Assembly (NCBI RefSeq): GCF_902713615.1
Contig: NC_052156.1
Location: 30,159,287-30,223,286, forward strand
Reading direction: 5' to 3'
DNA from: Scyliorhinus canicula
Lineage: Eukaryota
Length of the DNA stretch: 64,000 nucleotides
Shown here: in pieces, positions 1 through 11,600 of the stretch
How the letters are laid out: the number at the start of each line of letters is the position of its first letter
How positions within the stretch are numbered: the first letter of the stretch is position 1
Made by a program: the position numbers and the translations under genes
Notes under the pieces: generated by a model
Seen by the model: only the letters and a program-made list of their open reading frames with translations
What the model was told of the DNA's origin: nothing
Database searches by the model: none

Positions 1-78
1 CGGGAATCGAACCGTGCTGCTGGCCTGCTTGGTCTGCTTTAAAAGCCAGCCATTTAGCCTGGTGAGCTAAACCAGCCC
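1..78 (-). mobile_element. tRNA-derived SINE head, cut by the window edge
   Basis: Minus strand reads GGGCTGGTTTAGCTCA...GGTTCGATTCCCG (A and B boxes). Confidence 0.65.
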
Positions 79-140
79 AACTTGTATTGGATACTCCAGT
101 GAATACCATGTGGTCATTATGTTAAATTTACAGGTTATCA

Positions 141-274
141 TTTATTTATATCACAGTTTCATGGTTAAAACAAGAGATATTAGAGATTGTTAAAAACAGT
201 CACAGATCCGCACTTTTATTTCCAATAGACAATAGTAGAAAATGTAATGCTGTTAATCTGATGGTAGCTTTATT
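141..274 (-). terminator. Candidate MKRN2OS polyadenylation signals
   Basis: AATAAA on the minus strand at 269-274, 215-220 and 141-146, downstream of the stop codon. Confidence 0.5.
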
Positions 275-361
275 CATCTTTTCCACAAAGAAGTTTCTTC
301 TGTGATTCAGTAGAAATATTGTTTCCGGTGTGATAGAATTAATATAATTAAGGCTATACTT

Positions 362-590
362 TTAAAATTGACTACTGATATCTTCTGATTGTAAGCCATC
401 CGCGATATAAAAATAGCTTCTGCTTAAGTCTCGGTAGAGCGTGATATATCTGGAGGCTCTTTTTGTCCGTGGAACCACAAACCTCTCGGTAAATTCAGTC
501 CTACTCATTTGTCGTTTACTTTGTGCCGCCAACACACGGTTGATGAAGGTCAGTGCATAGGAGTAGCAGTTGTGCTCATATTCATTGTAC
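362..590 (-). CDS. MKRN2OS: MKRN2OS last coding exon (R-YNEYEHNCYSYALTFIN...DISSQF*)
   Basis: Acceptor ttatag at 592/591 and TAA at 362-364; HNCYSYAL motif. The spliced CDS totals 645 nt (214 aa plus stop). Confidence 0.92.
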
Positions 591-772
591 CTATAATTAT
601 ACACACCAATAATCATATTTAGAAAACATTATTGTGATTGTCGTGGTTATTAAATAGTAGTTGTGAACAGCTGGATTAGGTAACAGGCAAGGACATCAGG
701 AAGGAAACCTAATCCCCCATTGTAGTTGTATCTTGTGAGACTTGTAGGTTAACGAAGGAGTTGGATGATAAT

Positions 773-1075
773 TCATAGAGTCCCTACAGTGAAGCAGGTC
801 CTTGGAGTCTGCACAGGCCCTTCGAAAGACCACCATACCTAGGCCCAATCCCCCACCCTATCACTATAACCCCACCCGACCTTTGGACACTTCGGGGCAA
901 TTTAATATGGTCAATCCACCTAATCGGCACATCTTTGGACTATAGGAGGAAACCGGATCACCTGGAGGAAACCCACACAGACACGGGGAGAAAGTGCAAA
1001 CTCCAAACAGACAGTCACTCGAGGTCGGAATTGAACCTGAGTCCCTGGCGCTGTGGGGTGGCAATGATAACCATG
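773..1075 (-). mobile_element. HE1/V-SINE
   Basis: tRNA-like head, GGGTTTCCTCC core and CR1-like tail. Confidence 0.8.
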
Positions 1076-2122
1076 TATTTGTTTTATAATACAAGTCTCT
1101 CTCCCAACTTAAGTATCTATATGCAACATCTTGAGGAATAATGAAAGCAAAAAAAAAAAAGCTGATCTTAAGGATTGGAATTTGCTCCAATTAGTTATTT
1201 ATTATGTGTGTAGCAGCAACCTGACATTTGATTTTCTTTTGAAAAACAAAGAAAGGTTTCCAGATATTTGTTTCATTGTTTTTGTTCAGCTGTGTAATAG
1301 GAATGAGAATTCTGCAGCAGTGATACTCCAGAATGTTATTTGATTTTTTTTTCCCCTCAATCTGTTCTCATGAAGCTGTTGCCTCGAGCCAGAGTGGAGT
1401 TTCAGGGATGCAAATATCTCCAAATGGCTCTTCACTACAAGCACGAAGGGCCAACCCTCACAACCAAGTCCAGCCTGACTTCACCCAGCACCCATACAGG
1501 CTCAATTCCAGCAAGGGCTGGCAGAATTAAACAACTAATGCATCAGAGGCCAGTAAATCAACCTATATCTTCTCAGCTCACCATGTTTCAGTACACCACC
1601 AATTGATGCAGTTACTCACTGGTCAAAATGGAAGGAAATGGGGACTTAAAGAAAAAGAGGAATATACAACAAAGAGTTACCTTCTAAGATTTTACTAAGG
1701 AATACAACTTTGCTAACTAAAAAAAATGATAATCATATAAATAATAAAATCCAAGTCTGCCATAGAAAAACACAGCTACAATTGGAGCACTTGCATGCAA
1801 TGGCTTCAGGGCAATCGTCCGTGTAATGTGAAAGGTGCAATGAGGTTTCAGAGCTAGGCTCAGTGTACTGGTGCATCATCTGCATTGAATGTATTATCAA
1901 TGAATTATCATTGAGGGTAGTTAGAATGTGGAATTATCTGCCGCAAAAATCACCGAAACAGAATTATTCAGTTATTTTAAAAGGAAATTAGTTTACGTAT
2001 TTCAAAAATAAGATTAAAAAAGGTTTGGGAAGTGAGCCAGAGACTGTCAGATCAATAGTTTCACAGGGCAAAATCATCAACACAATCTTGATGGTCCAAA
2101 TGACCTGTGCTATGGTTCATAC

Positions 2123-2285
2123 CTGTTTGGTAACCATAACTCAGCTGTGGAGAACTGTTCCAAATAAAGATCCCACTGGTTCATTAAACTGTACATGTCT
2201 GGTTGTACCAGTGGAACACAAATACATTCCTCCCAACCACAGTCAGCTCTTTGGATGCCAGTTTCAATGTAATTGTATACAACGC
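2123..2285 (-). CDS. MKRN2OS: MKRN2OS coding exon 3 (G-VVYNYIETGIQRADCGWEECICVPLVQPDMYSLMNQWDLYLEQFSTAELWLPN-R)
   Basis: Acceptor ttttttgcag and donor GTATGA; 163 nt; open frame with consistent phases. Confidence 0.92.
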
Positions 2286-2714
2286 CTGCAAAAAAAAAGA
2301 ACGGTGTGAATTAAAATGGTCACTGCATGCAGCATATGTGACTGTATATTAAATCTGTAACTTTTAAGTTAGACTTTTAGTTTAAAAAAAAGTCTGAGTA
2401 GAAACGAGTCTGAGTAGGAACGATTTCCCCTAAAGGAATGGTTTCATTCTAATGGTCCCAGACTGTCCCTTCATGGGAAAGTCACAAGCACATTACCTGG
2501 TCACTAATAGTGCAGTATTAGTGCCATAGGTTGCGTCCTTCTGCCTGAGAAGAACAGTATGGGTGGAAGAAGGGGCAGTAATTAGGACAATTATCAATGT
2601 CAATCAGAATTATAAATTTCATACCAAACTCCCAATCATCCTATGAATAAAAAAAACTAAAATCGGAAAATAGAACATTACTCTTGTTTGCCCTAACTAT
2701 TTTTTTTAACTTAG

Positions 2715-2944
2715 GCAAAAACAGAAAATACTGGACAATCTCAGTAGGTCTGACAGCATCTGAGGAGAGGGAGCTGCCGTTGAGTCTGGATTACTTTGTC
2801 AAAGCTTTGACCAAAGAGTCACCCAGACTCGAAACGTTAGCTCCGTTCTCTCTCCACAGATGCTGTCAGACCTGCTGAGATCATCCTGTATTTTCTGTTT
2901 TGGTTTCAGATTCCAGCATCCACAGTAATTTGCTTTTATCTTAA
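2715..2944. mobile_element. Older palindromic Penelope-like remnant
   Basis: Imperfect inverted repeat centred on CAAAGCTTTG (about 2800-2809); degenerate GAGTC-accca-GACTC-GAAA-CGTT motif; possible TSD AACTTAG (2708, 2945). Confidence 0.6.
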
Positions 2945-3041
2945 AACTTAGAAAATCGTTTTTTGGAGCAAATGTCATTTTGTGCCTAAATTACAGTGTT
3001 TTTGTTTATTAAGAGGTAATGTGATTTTATTTTAAACTCAC

Positions 3042-3091
3042 CACTGGTATTTGAAATTCCAACATGAAGATCGGATCTGCCATCATAGTCT
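3042..3091 (-). CDS. MKRN2OS: MKRN2OS coding exon 2 (R-DYDGRSDLHVGISNTS-G)
   Basis: Translated by hand. Acceptor ttttctag and donor GTGAGT; 50 nt; phases 2/1 fit the neighbouring exons; YDGRSDLHVG motif. Confidence 0.92.
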
Positions 3092-3323
3092 CTAGAAAAC
3101 AAAGTGTAAATAGATGTTAAACTACTGTCCTTCAGAACACTATTTCTTACACCTTAATTGGATAACATAATAACTGCTGGTAAAAAAAAAAGAAATAAAT
3201 AGGGGAACATACAAAAAAAAGAATCATAGTAAATAATGAAAAGTAATAGAAAAAAGGTTATTACAAAATATAAGTAAGTTGGAAAGAAAGTAAATATAAA
3301 AAGATAAAAAAAAAAAGGATCTT

Positions 3324-3635
3324 AGGCAGCACGGTAGCGCAGTGGTTAGCACAGTTTCTCCACAGCTACAGGGTCCCAGGTTCGATTGACGGCTTGGGTC
3401 ACTGTCTGTGTGGAGTCTGCACGTTCTCCCCGTGTCTGCGTGGGTTTCCTCCGGGTGCTCCGGTTTCCTCCCACAGTCCAAAGGTGTGCAGGTTAGGTGG
3501 ATTGGCCATGTTAAATTGCCCTTTGTGTCCAAAAAGGTTAAGTGGGGTTACGGGGATAGGGTGTAGGGTGCTCTTTCCAAGGGCTGGTGTAGACTCGATG
3601 GGCTGAATGGCCTCCATCTGCACTGGAGATTCTAT
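3324..3635 (+). mobile_element. HE1/V-SINE
   Basis: GGCAGCACGGTAGCGCAGTGGTTAGC head (A box), GGTTCGA (B box), core and tail ...GATTCTATG. Confidence 0.85.
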
Positions 3636-3843
3636 GTTTACTGCCCATGAGGCCTTCAGCCTCTGACTCTCTGCAAAAGCAACTCAGCTGTCCCACTCCT
3701 CTCCACATACACACAAACACACAAGTTGGAAAGAAAGATGATAGAAAAGAAAAGAATCTTAGAATGTTTACTGCACAGGAGGCCTTCAACTGTTGTGTAT
3801 ATGTTGATTCTCTGCAAAAGCAACTGAGCTGTCCCACTCCTCA
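3634..3843 (+). repeat. Local direct duplication (about 70-80 bp, two copies)
   Basis: ATGTTTACTGC...GAGGCCTTCA...CTCTGCAAAAGCAACT.AGCTGTCCCACTCCTC at about 3634 and 3764. Confidence 0.8.
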
Positions 3844-4562
3844 CCCCCCCCCCCCCCCCCCCCCCCCCATACAGCCATATGCTGTATTAACCACTTTCAC
3901 AACCTGCCTATTGAACAATTTGAGTACATATACCACCTCTGGATCCCTCGTGCTCCTGCACCTCCTTTTAGGAAATAAATGCAGAAAAATAAATCAAAAG
4001 AAAGTTGAAAAGAAATTCTGAACTCGGTATGTTGGGAAATAAAGAACAGAATTTAAACAAGGAAGGAAGAAAATTATATATAATTGAAAATTAAACTTCA
4101 TTGTGCACAATAATGCTCTTTTATTACAAAAGTCCTACTTTCATTTCAATCCTATTACTGTTACTCTCACCGGAGTGAAATTTTCAATGTGTGTAAATTT
4201 ACATTCCACCTGCTACGACAAAACATTGAAATAAAGCCACCCAAATCCTGTAAAACAGACAAGTGCTGTACTTGTGAAAAATGGTTCTAATTCATGAACT
4301 GTTGGCACTCGTCTGCTTTGCCAATTAATAATCCAAAGTTCTGTCACCCAGGTGTCATCTAAAAAGTCTCTAATGGTGCCACCAACGATCTCAGAACATC
4401 CCAACACGTTTTATAAATAATTAAATCCTTCATGAAATGTCATTGTTGTAATGCAGGAAACATAGCATCCAATTTGCACAGAGCAAGATCCCACATATAG
4501 CAACAAAATAAATGGCCTAGGAACTTTTTCTCAAGGTTTTGGTTGAGTAAATCTTGACTAAG

Positions 4563-4790
4563 TGATGCATGATCAATTGCACAAAGACTCAGATTGGGTA
4601 CAACTGTGGCTTTATTGCAGTCAGATGTGTGGCCTCCTACTGCAGCTGGCGAAATGGCAGATCAATGGAGGACACGCATATTTATACAGCTCCTAGTGGG
4701 GGGAGCCAGCCGGCAGCAGTTACTGGCGAACCTGTAGTACAGGTCCTACCTTACATCCCCTAATACAGGTGTACACAGTGGTTCACCACA
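4563..4790 (-). mobile_element. Solo LTR (228 bp)
   Basis: TG...CA ends; 5-bp TSD CTAAG (4558-4562, 4791-4795); TATAAAT and AATAAA on the minus strand. Confidence 0.8.
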
Positions 4791-5937
4791 CTAAGACACT
4801 GGAAGAACTTCTTCAGGCTGCTTTTTGATCTTTAACATCCACCTCAGGTGGCTTAAAAGGCCTCCTCCGTTGAATCCAAAAGGTGACACCACTATCTTTG
4901 CAACACTCAGTCAGTACCAAAGCATCAGCCTAGATTACTGCTCAAGTCTCAAGTACAACTTGAATCCACAACTTTCTGACTCTGATGCAAGATTTGAATA
5001 ATTAGTGAACACCAGAAGTTTCTGACATGTAACCAAAAAGCCATTTTGGGAACAATGGGGTTGGCTATTTTCTATAAGTCTTTGGTATTTGCCAAGAATT
5101 ATGTGCTGCTCCTACTAATGCAGAAGGTGGTGTGTGTCATTAACCTTCTCCTGAAACATTAAATCAGAACTCCTTTCAACAGGTTCAACCCTCATTTGCT
5201 GAGCCAGAGTTGGAACATAAGGACAATGGGAAATCTGATTTGTTACCATTTTGGGTCAATTTCTACTTGTCCCCCAGTGCAACCACCAGATCCAATCTGC
5301 CATACCTCAGTCTCTGATGTAACTGGTTGTTATATAGTTTATCATACTACAAAGAACATCACACATACAGTATTAATGGCACATTTCTCAAAAATACTGT
5401 TTCCAACAGAATATTAATTGCTTTTGGTTCTACTTTGCTCTCTGGAAACAATATTTGAAGGTCACAAAGCTTTATTTATTTATTCATTTTTAAAAGGTAT
5501 TAATCTATACTTTATATGTGGCTATGCAGGACCTGCTTCTTCTGGTGTTGGGTAACACTAGATATATATAATCAAACAGCAAAGAACATCTGACAATGCT
5601 AACTAAACAGATGAGGCAACTAAACTGGATGAGAAAGGTTGTTCACCTTCTTCAATTCCCCCAACACCTCCCTCCGCCCCAAGTCTCATGTTGAACAACA
5701 CATTTCTCAATGTTTTCGACATGGAGGAGTACCTTCATATTCTTTGCGGTTAACTGTAGACAATGTTGTCTATTATTTTAACAAATTAAATTACATTTGG
5801 CGTGTATGATTCGGTTTCAAACTGTATCACCGAGCCCGAGTCAGTTTTGAAGTTGTGCAGGAGCAGATTTAGGGGTTAACTCTGATGTGTAAATTAATGG
5901 CCAGTAATATCTCCGTTTGACTATCGGCACTCTTTAC

Positions 5938-6140
5938 CTCAGAAACGATCCTTTAGTAGGTTTGATGAGGAATGAGCACTTTTCATGATGACCATCTACA
6001 AACGAGTTGGGAATACTGACCGGGGCATCTTCCAATCTCCGTCCCGGCAGACTCTGACCACAGATCGGACACTGCTCCGGGATGTTAAAGCAATAAATAT
6101 CTTTCTGGCAGTGACGAAACATTATAATACGATTTTCCAT
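5938..6140 (-). CDS. MKRN2OS: MKRN2 opposite strand protein, coding exon 1 (MENRIIMFRHCQKDIYCFNIPEQCPICG...FLIKPTKGSFL-R)
   Basis: ATG at 6140 and donor AG|GTAAAG at 5938/5937. The peptide resembles the vertebrate MKRN2OS (C3orf83) N-terminus, and the gene lies opposite MKRN2. Confidence 0.9.
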
Positions 6141-6529
6141 TTCTTCCTTTACCAGACAGGGAAACACAGATAACTCCTGGGGGTCACTTTAAGTACCAAT
6201 TTCCTAGTCCGGGAACAATGTAATTGACAGGCGCAGGAGCCAATGGCAACTTGAAGAGAAATGAACAAACACCAATTAGGATCGGTGGCTGATTGCTGGT
6301 CCCATCAAAGGCGTGGTGGGAAGGAGCCGGGGTTGTGCCAAAGTGAGTTGCTCTCTGTTCACCTGGTGGGTGTAGCGCAGATCTGTAGAGAGCACAGGAA
6401 AGGGGTGAGGCTGGTGCTGTGGTGATATATTCCCAACATTTCCTGTTATATGACACTTTTTCATATGTTGAGCTACCTCTTCGAATGGGAAATTGGTTGA
6501 GACAGAGACAATCCAATTCTAAGTAGCAT

Positions 6530-6620
6530 GTTTTTACATGCGAGTCTTTTTGTATATCTGCACCCAGAACAATACTTTTCACTGTACCTCGGTGCACGTG
6601 ATAATAAAACAAATCCAATA
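6530..6620 (+). mobile_element. Rex1/Babar 3' tail fragment
   Basis: AATACTTTTCACTGTACCTCGGT...GTGATAATAAAACAAATCCAA matches the tail at about 50958-51010. Confidence 0.65.
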
Positions 6621-6987
6621 AAAAAGCAATAACTTCACTGGCAGGGCCTCATGCTGCGGAGGAGGGTTTGTAGGTGCAGACTGTGTTGAACAATCTTTCT
6701 CAAAGACAGCCACATAAACCAGCCACGCAGTGAATTCATGCCACATTTCTGCGTTACCTTTTTTCAACCTCTTTTGAGTCGAGGGCAAACCAATTCTAGG
6801 TGCAGACATGATTGATAACGCGATTGTATGATTTTTTAAAAATCACTGACCAATCACGTCATAGCGAAACTCGGGAGAGTAAAGCGAGCCAGTATGACTA
6901 GAGTGCTCCGTAACAGGTGAATCTTTACCAAAATGCTGAGAGCACTTTAAAATGCAATAATCATTCAAACTAAAACAAGTGTATTGT

Positions 6988-7300
6988 CCATAGAATCCCC
7001 ACAGTGCAGAAGGAGGCTATTTGGCGCATTGAGTCTGCACCAACTCTCTGATAAAGCACCCTACCTAGGCCCAGTCCCCCGCACTGTACCCCATAATCCC
7101 ACGCATTGATCATAGTTAATTCACCTAAACTGCACATTTTGGACTGTAAGAAAAAAACCAGAGTTCCCGGAGGAAACCCACCCATCCACACACACACACA
7201 TGGGGAGAATGTGCAAATTCCACACAGTCAGTCACCCAAGGCTGGAGTTGAACGCAGGTCCCTGGCGCTGTGTGGCAGCAGGGCTAACCATTGTGCCACT
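6988..7300 (-). mobile_element. HE1/V-SINE
   Basis: Same head, core and tail, on the reverse strand. Confidence 0.8.
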
Positions 7301-7359
7301 GTGTCAGTGAGGGAAAAGGCAAACCAAAGACATGCATCAGATATTCGCTATTGTTCACT

Positions 7360-7900
7360 GGTGGCACTTGCGTCTTGGGTCAGAAAATGCGTTCAGTTAC
7401 GAGGGAGGCTTGAGGACATAATCAAGGCTGACACTCCCACGCAATACTGAGTGAGTGCCTCACAGTTGGAGATACTGGGCGGGATTCTCTGTCCTGTCGC
7501 ACCAAATTTCTGGTGCGGCACACCCCCCAGGATTCTCTGTCGCGCCAGCCAGCCAATGGGGTTTCCTATTGTCGGCAGCCTCACGCCGCTAAGAAATCCC
7601 TGGGCTGCCAGCGCAACGGAAAATCTTGACAGCGGAGAATCCTGCCCTCTGTCTTTCCAGTGAAAAGTTAAATCGAGGCCCTGTTGCCATCTCAGATGGA
7701 CTAAAATATTTAATTCTATTCTGAAGAGAATCTCTCCCTGCTGGTTGGGCCAAGATTTATTACTCAATCAGTATCACAAAAACAAATAATCTGGTCATTG
7801 TTATATTGCTGTTGGTGGGAACTTGGTACATAGTGGTTAAAAAACTACTTCTTCGGCTGTCTGTGGAACGTTGTTAAAACATTAAATTTCTAAATGCAGG
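7360..7900 (+). mobile_element. DeuSINE-like element interrupted by a MITE
   Basis: Similar to 24140-24555 on both sides of 7477-7647. Confidence 0.6.
7477..7647. mobile_element. MITE (PIF/Harbinger-like terminal inverted repeats)
   Basis: Terminal repeats GGGCGGGATTCTC ... GAGAATCCTGCCC (12/13 match); the element splits a SINE. Confidence 0.7.
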
Positions 7901-8079
7901 CTACCTTTTTCAATATGGATATGTATAATGGCACAATTCTAAGGTATCCATTCATCAAAAAACTCATGATTTATATAAATATATTATTTTAATATTTCCT
8001 ATTATATGCTGTGTACTGTTACTTTTAAAAAAAATTTCCTTTGAATTAATGCTCATAAGAGCATTTCAGTGGAGAGGAT

Positions 8080-8460
8080 ATATGCAGAAAATAGAAATCA
8101 TGGTGTAAGGGGTAACATATTGGCAGGGATAGAAGATTGGCTCGCTGACTGGAAACAGAGTTAGCATAAATTGATTTTTTTTCTGGTTGGCAGGATGTAA
8201 CGAGTGGTGTCCCACAGGGATCAGTGCTGGAGCCTCAACCATTTTACAATTTTTTATAAATGACTTGGATGAAGGAGCCTTCATGGGGTGGTTGTTAAAT
8301 TTTTTGATGACACAAAGATAGGTAGGAAATTAAGTTGTGAAGAGGACATAATGAGGACATAACAAAGGGATATAGATAGGTTAAAGGGGTGGGCAAAGAT
8401 CTGGCAAATGGCGTGTAATGTGAAATTGTCTACTCTTGCAGAAGGAATTAAAATGAAGCA
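8080..8460 (+). mobile_element. Degenerate CR1 RT fragment
   Basis: SGVPQGSVL...INDLDEG...KF.DDTK-like sequence. Confidence 0.7.
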
Positions 8461-8744
8461 CATTATTGACATGTTAGGAGATTTAAATAATAACCATTCC
8501 TGTGATGTCTGTGACAACCATTTGAAAAAAATCCCTTAGAATGGGTAAATTTACTGGATCATTTAAGATTCCTATATCCCTTTCATGGAGTGAATAATGG
8601 AGATTGTGTGAATGCTTGGCTTCACAAGTACTTTAAACATAAGAAATGGAACATGCTGCAGAATCTTCCATTAGCAACTACAAGAAGCAGAATGCTGCTC
8701 TCATCACTTAAACTTTCTGCCGCTGTGTGAAGTTACCGAAGTTA

Positions 8745-8875
8745 CAACAAAGAACAAAGAAAAGTACAGCACAGGAACAGGCCCTTCAGCCCTCCAAGCC
8801 TGTGCCGACCATGCTGCCCATCTAAACTAAAATCTTCTGCCCTTCCGGGGTCCGTATCCCTCTATTCCCATCCTA
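8745..8875 (-). mobile_element. CR1 3' tail
   Basis: Near-identical to 9580-9705. Confidence 0.75.
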
Positions 8876-9574
8876 TGGGATTTGCAAATATTAATTAGAT
8901 ACTTATAATAATACATTATGGTCAGGCTAATTTTTTTGATTGACTTCTAAAGATTATTTGTAATTCTTTATAGTGTTCAGGTACAGCAAATTTAGAACCT
9001 GACAAATGTAGATATTAACAGTAATCTTTACTAATTATAAACTAAAACTATGTACAGGTAGCACAACAAAACTGTAGTAAGTGTATGGATGGTTGGGGTC
9101 TAAACTTTACTCACCTCACAAAATTCACTTTGTGGCTTTTTGTAGTGACCAGTGATGCTGGAACTCATGAAGTATTTCAAACTTCAGTGATACTGAACTA
9201 CAAAATGGAATAATCTTCTAGCACTGTAAGAACACATTTGAGAACACTGAGAGCAAAATAGAGATTGTTCCTGAATCTTGAAATCTCACATACTTTTAAA
9301 CTCTCACAGGATTTCATTACACCATATAACAACTTGAACAATAGCACCCACACGTAGCACACCCAGGTTATCTAAAATAACACTCGATATTGCACTTCAG
9401 ATCCTCCTTCCTACATGACTCATTCAAAATGGAAAAATAGGCTACTAATTGATCTTACTGTTGTTCTGATGTTTGTTTTGTTCATAATTAATTTGGAAAA
9501 TAAATCCATTTCTACTTCCATTTTAAACACAAATAAATTGAGGGGAAAATAGAATTTTAAAAAAATCAGATTCA

Positions 9575-10255
9575 AAGAACAAAGAACAAAGAAAAGTACA
9601 GCACAGGAACAGGCCCTTCGGCCCTCCAAGCCTGTGCCGACCATGCTGCCCGTCTAAACTAAAATCTATTACACTTCCTGGGTCCGTATCCCTCTATTCC
9701 CATCCTATTCATGCATTTGTCAAGATGCCCCTTAACTGTCACTATCGTCCCTGCTTCCACCACCTCCTTCTGCAGCGAGTTCCAGGCACCCACTACCCTC
9801 TGTGTATAAAACTTGCCTCGTACATCTCCTCTAAACCTTGCCCTTCGCACCTTAAACCTATGCCCTCTAGTAATTGACCCATCTACCCTGGGGAAAAGCC
9901 TCTGACTATCCACTCTGTCTATGCCCCTCATAATTTTGTAGACCTCTATCAGGTCGCCCCTCAACCTCCTTTGTTCCAGTGAGAACAAACCGAGTTTATT
10001 CAACTGCTCCTCATAGCTAATGCCCTCCACACCACGCAACATCCTGGTAAATCTCTTCTGCACCCTCTCTAAAGCCTGCACATCCTTCTGGTAGTGTGGC
10101 GACCAGAATTGAACACTATACTCCCAAGTGTGGCCTAACTAAGATTCTATACAGCTGCAACATGACTTGCCAATTCTTATACTCAATGCCCCAACCAATG
10201 AAGGCAAGCATGCCGTATGCCTTCTTGACTACCTTCTCCACCTGTGTTGCCCCTC
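9575..10255 (-). mobile_element. CR1 3' fragment
   Basis: ORF 9659-10081 (LERVQKRFTRML...RGDLIEVYKIM) plus the CR1 tail. Confidence 0.85.
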
Positions 10256-10519
10256 TTGGTATCTGGTGTTCACTTTACATATTGCCTGATGTACTCAATA
10301 AAAGACTGAAACAAATTTGGACATTTGGAAATAAATAGTTGCATCCAGCAACATCTGCAGAGAAACATATAATCCACTGTTGTACCCAAGAGTTTCTGAA
10401 ACTGGAGGGCACCACTGGCATTGGGCTGTATGTTAAACACTTGGTATGATATTTAATCATCTCTTGCCAACTTTGAACTTTTTTAAGTGTCATATTTACA
10501 ATAAAAGCAGAATTTAAAA

Positions 10520-10890
10520 CAATTGTTCATGGGATGTGGGTAACATTGATGTGCCCATTCTTAATTACTCTTGAAACTGAATTGTTTGATGGGCCATTTC
10601 AGAGGGCTGATAAGAGTCAACCCACATTCCTGTGGTTCTGGAGTCACGTATAGGCCAGACCAGGTATGAATGGCAGATTTCCTTCTCCAAAGGACACTAG
10701 TGAACCAGATAGGTTTTTAAAACAATCGATGATAGTTGCCAGGTCACCCAATACCAAGATTGGCATTACCCTCCAGCTGCGTTAACTGAATTTAAATTCT
10801 ACCAGCTGCCAAAAGGCGGGATTTGAACGCATGTCCCGAGAACATTAGCCCGGGTCTGGAGTGCCAGCCCATTGGTATTACCACCGTCTT
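10520..10890 (-). mobile_element. Second SINE family (other copies at 20065 and 27760-28120)
   Basis: Three dispersed similar copies in the window; tRNA B-box-like GTTCAAATCC. Confidence 0.7.
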
Positions 10891-10919
10891 CCCTGGAAAT
10901 GCTGTGAATACTCTGCCCT

Positions 10920-10969
10920 GGGGGGGGGGGGGGGGGGGGGTGGGGGGGGGGGGGGGGGGGGGGGGGGGG
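10920..10969 (+). repeat. G21-T-G28 homopolymer tract
   Basis: Read directly from the sequence. Confidence 0.9.
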
Positions 10970-11124
10970 TCAGGCTTTGTTTTATAAGTGCTCCTGTGAA
11001 AGACATTGGGACTCCTCATTGTGTTGACGGTGCTTTACAAATGTAAGTTGTTGGTGGTGACTGCTGTGAGAAGTAGGAGCAGGTGCTCACACAGGTGAGG
11101 AGTGAAGACTAGGCCCAGACAGTG

Positions 11125-11600
11125 ACTCCTGGGCATGCGCCACGTCAGGCCGCCGTCACTCCCTGGTGACAAAACAAACAGGAAAATGCGGCGGGGGCGC
11201 CCCCTCCGGCCAGTGCCGGAAGCGCACGGGGCGGTCCGGAACCCTTGTGTCCCGTCCCTGTGGCGGGTACGTGGGTTTAGACGGACGGACAGGAAACCGA
11301 TGGGGGTTGTGGCGGCGCGGGGGGCGGTGTTTGTGTGGAGCGGGTAGGCTGGGGGAAATGAAGAGGATGTAGGACTGGCGGCGGGATGATGAGTACTAAA
11401 CAGGTGACGTGCAGGTACTGAGCCTCTTGAATCGTGTTCCTTCTCGGGGAAGGCCGGGCTGGTGTCCGGGACTGGCGGCTCCCTCCCGGGGGTTATCCGC
11501 CATCAGATGGAGGGGGGTCTGCAAGGGAGGGCCAGGCCTTCAGCACCGGACAGACCCCCCCCAGCACAAAGGGTCTGGACACTGCCAGGGCCTGGCTCAA
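11125..11600. promoter_or_regulatory. CpG-rich promoter and first exon region of MKRN2, possibly bidirectional
   Basis: Local GC and CpG enrichment. NRF1-like GGGCATGCGC (11131), CRE half-sites (CACGTCA, CGTCA), ETS/GABPA CCGGAAG (about 11216) and GC boxes GGGGCGG (about 11228, 11321). No TATA box seen. Confidence 0.8.
11389..11414 (+). CDS. MKRN2: Makorin-2 coding exon 1 (MSTKQVTC-R); an in-frame ATG also lies at 11386
   Basis: ATGAGTACTAAACAGGTGACGTGCAG|GTACTG, matching the MKRN2 N-terminus MSTKQ(I/V)TCR. Confidence 0.93.

Noticed and set aside
2392-2423. 16-bp tandem repeat (GTCTGAGTAG.AACGA, two copies)
   Set aside because: A simple slippage duplication; there is no array or CRISPR structure anywhere in this eukaryotic window.
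3324-3400. tRNA-like sequences at SINE 5' ends
   Set aside because: They have A and B boxes but run into SINE cores without a proper acceptor stem, so they are not tRNA genes.
10792-11046. Poly-Pro and poly-Gly ORFs (also at 3647, 19288, 31487, 54997)
   Set aside because: They arise from C/G homopolymer runs.
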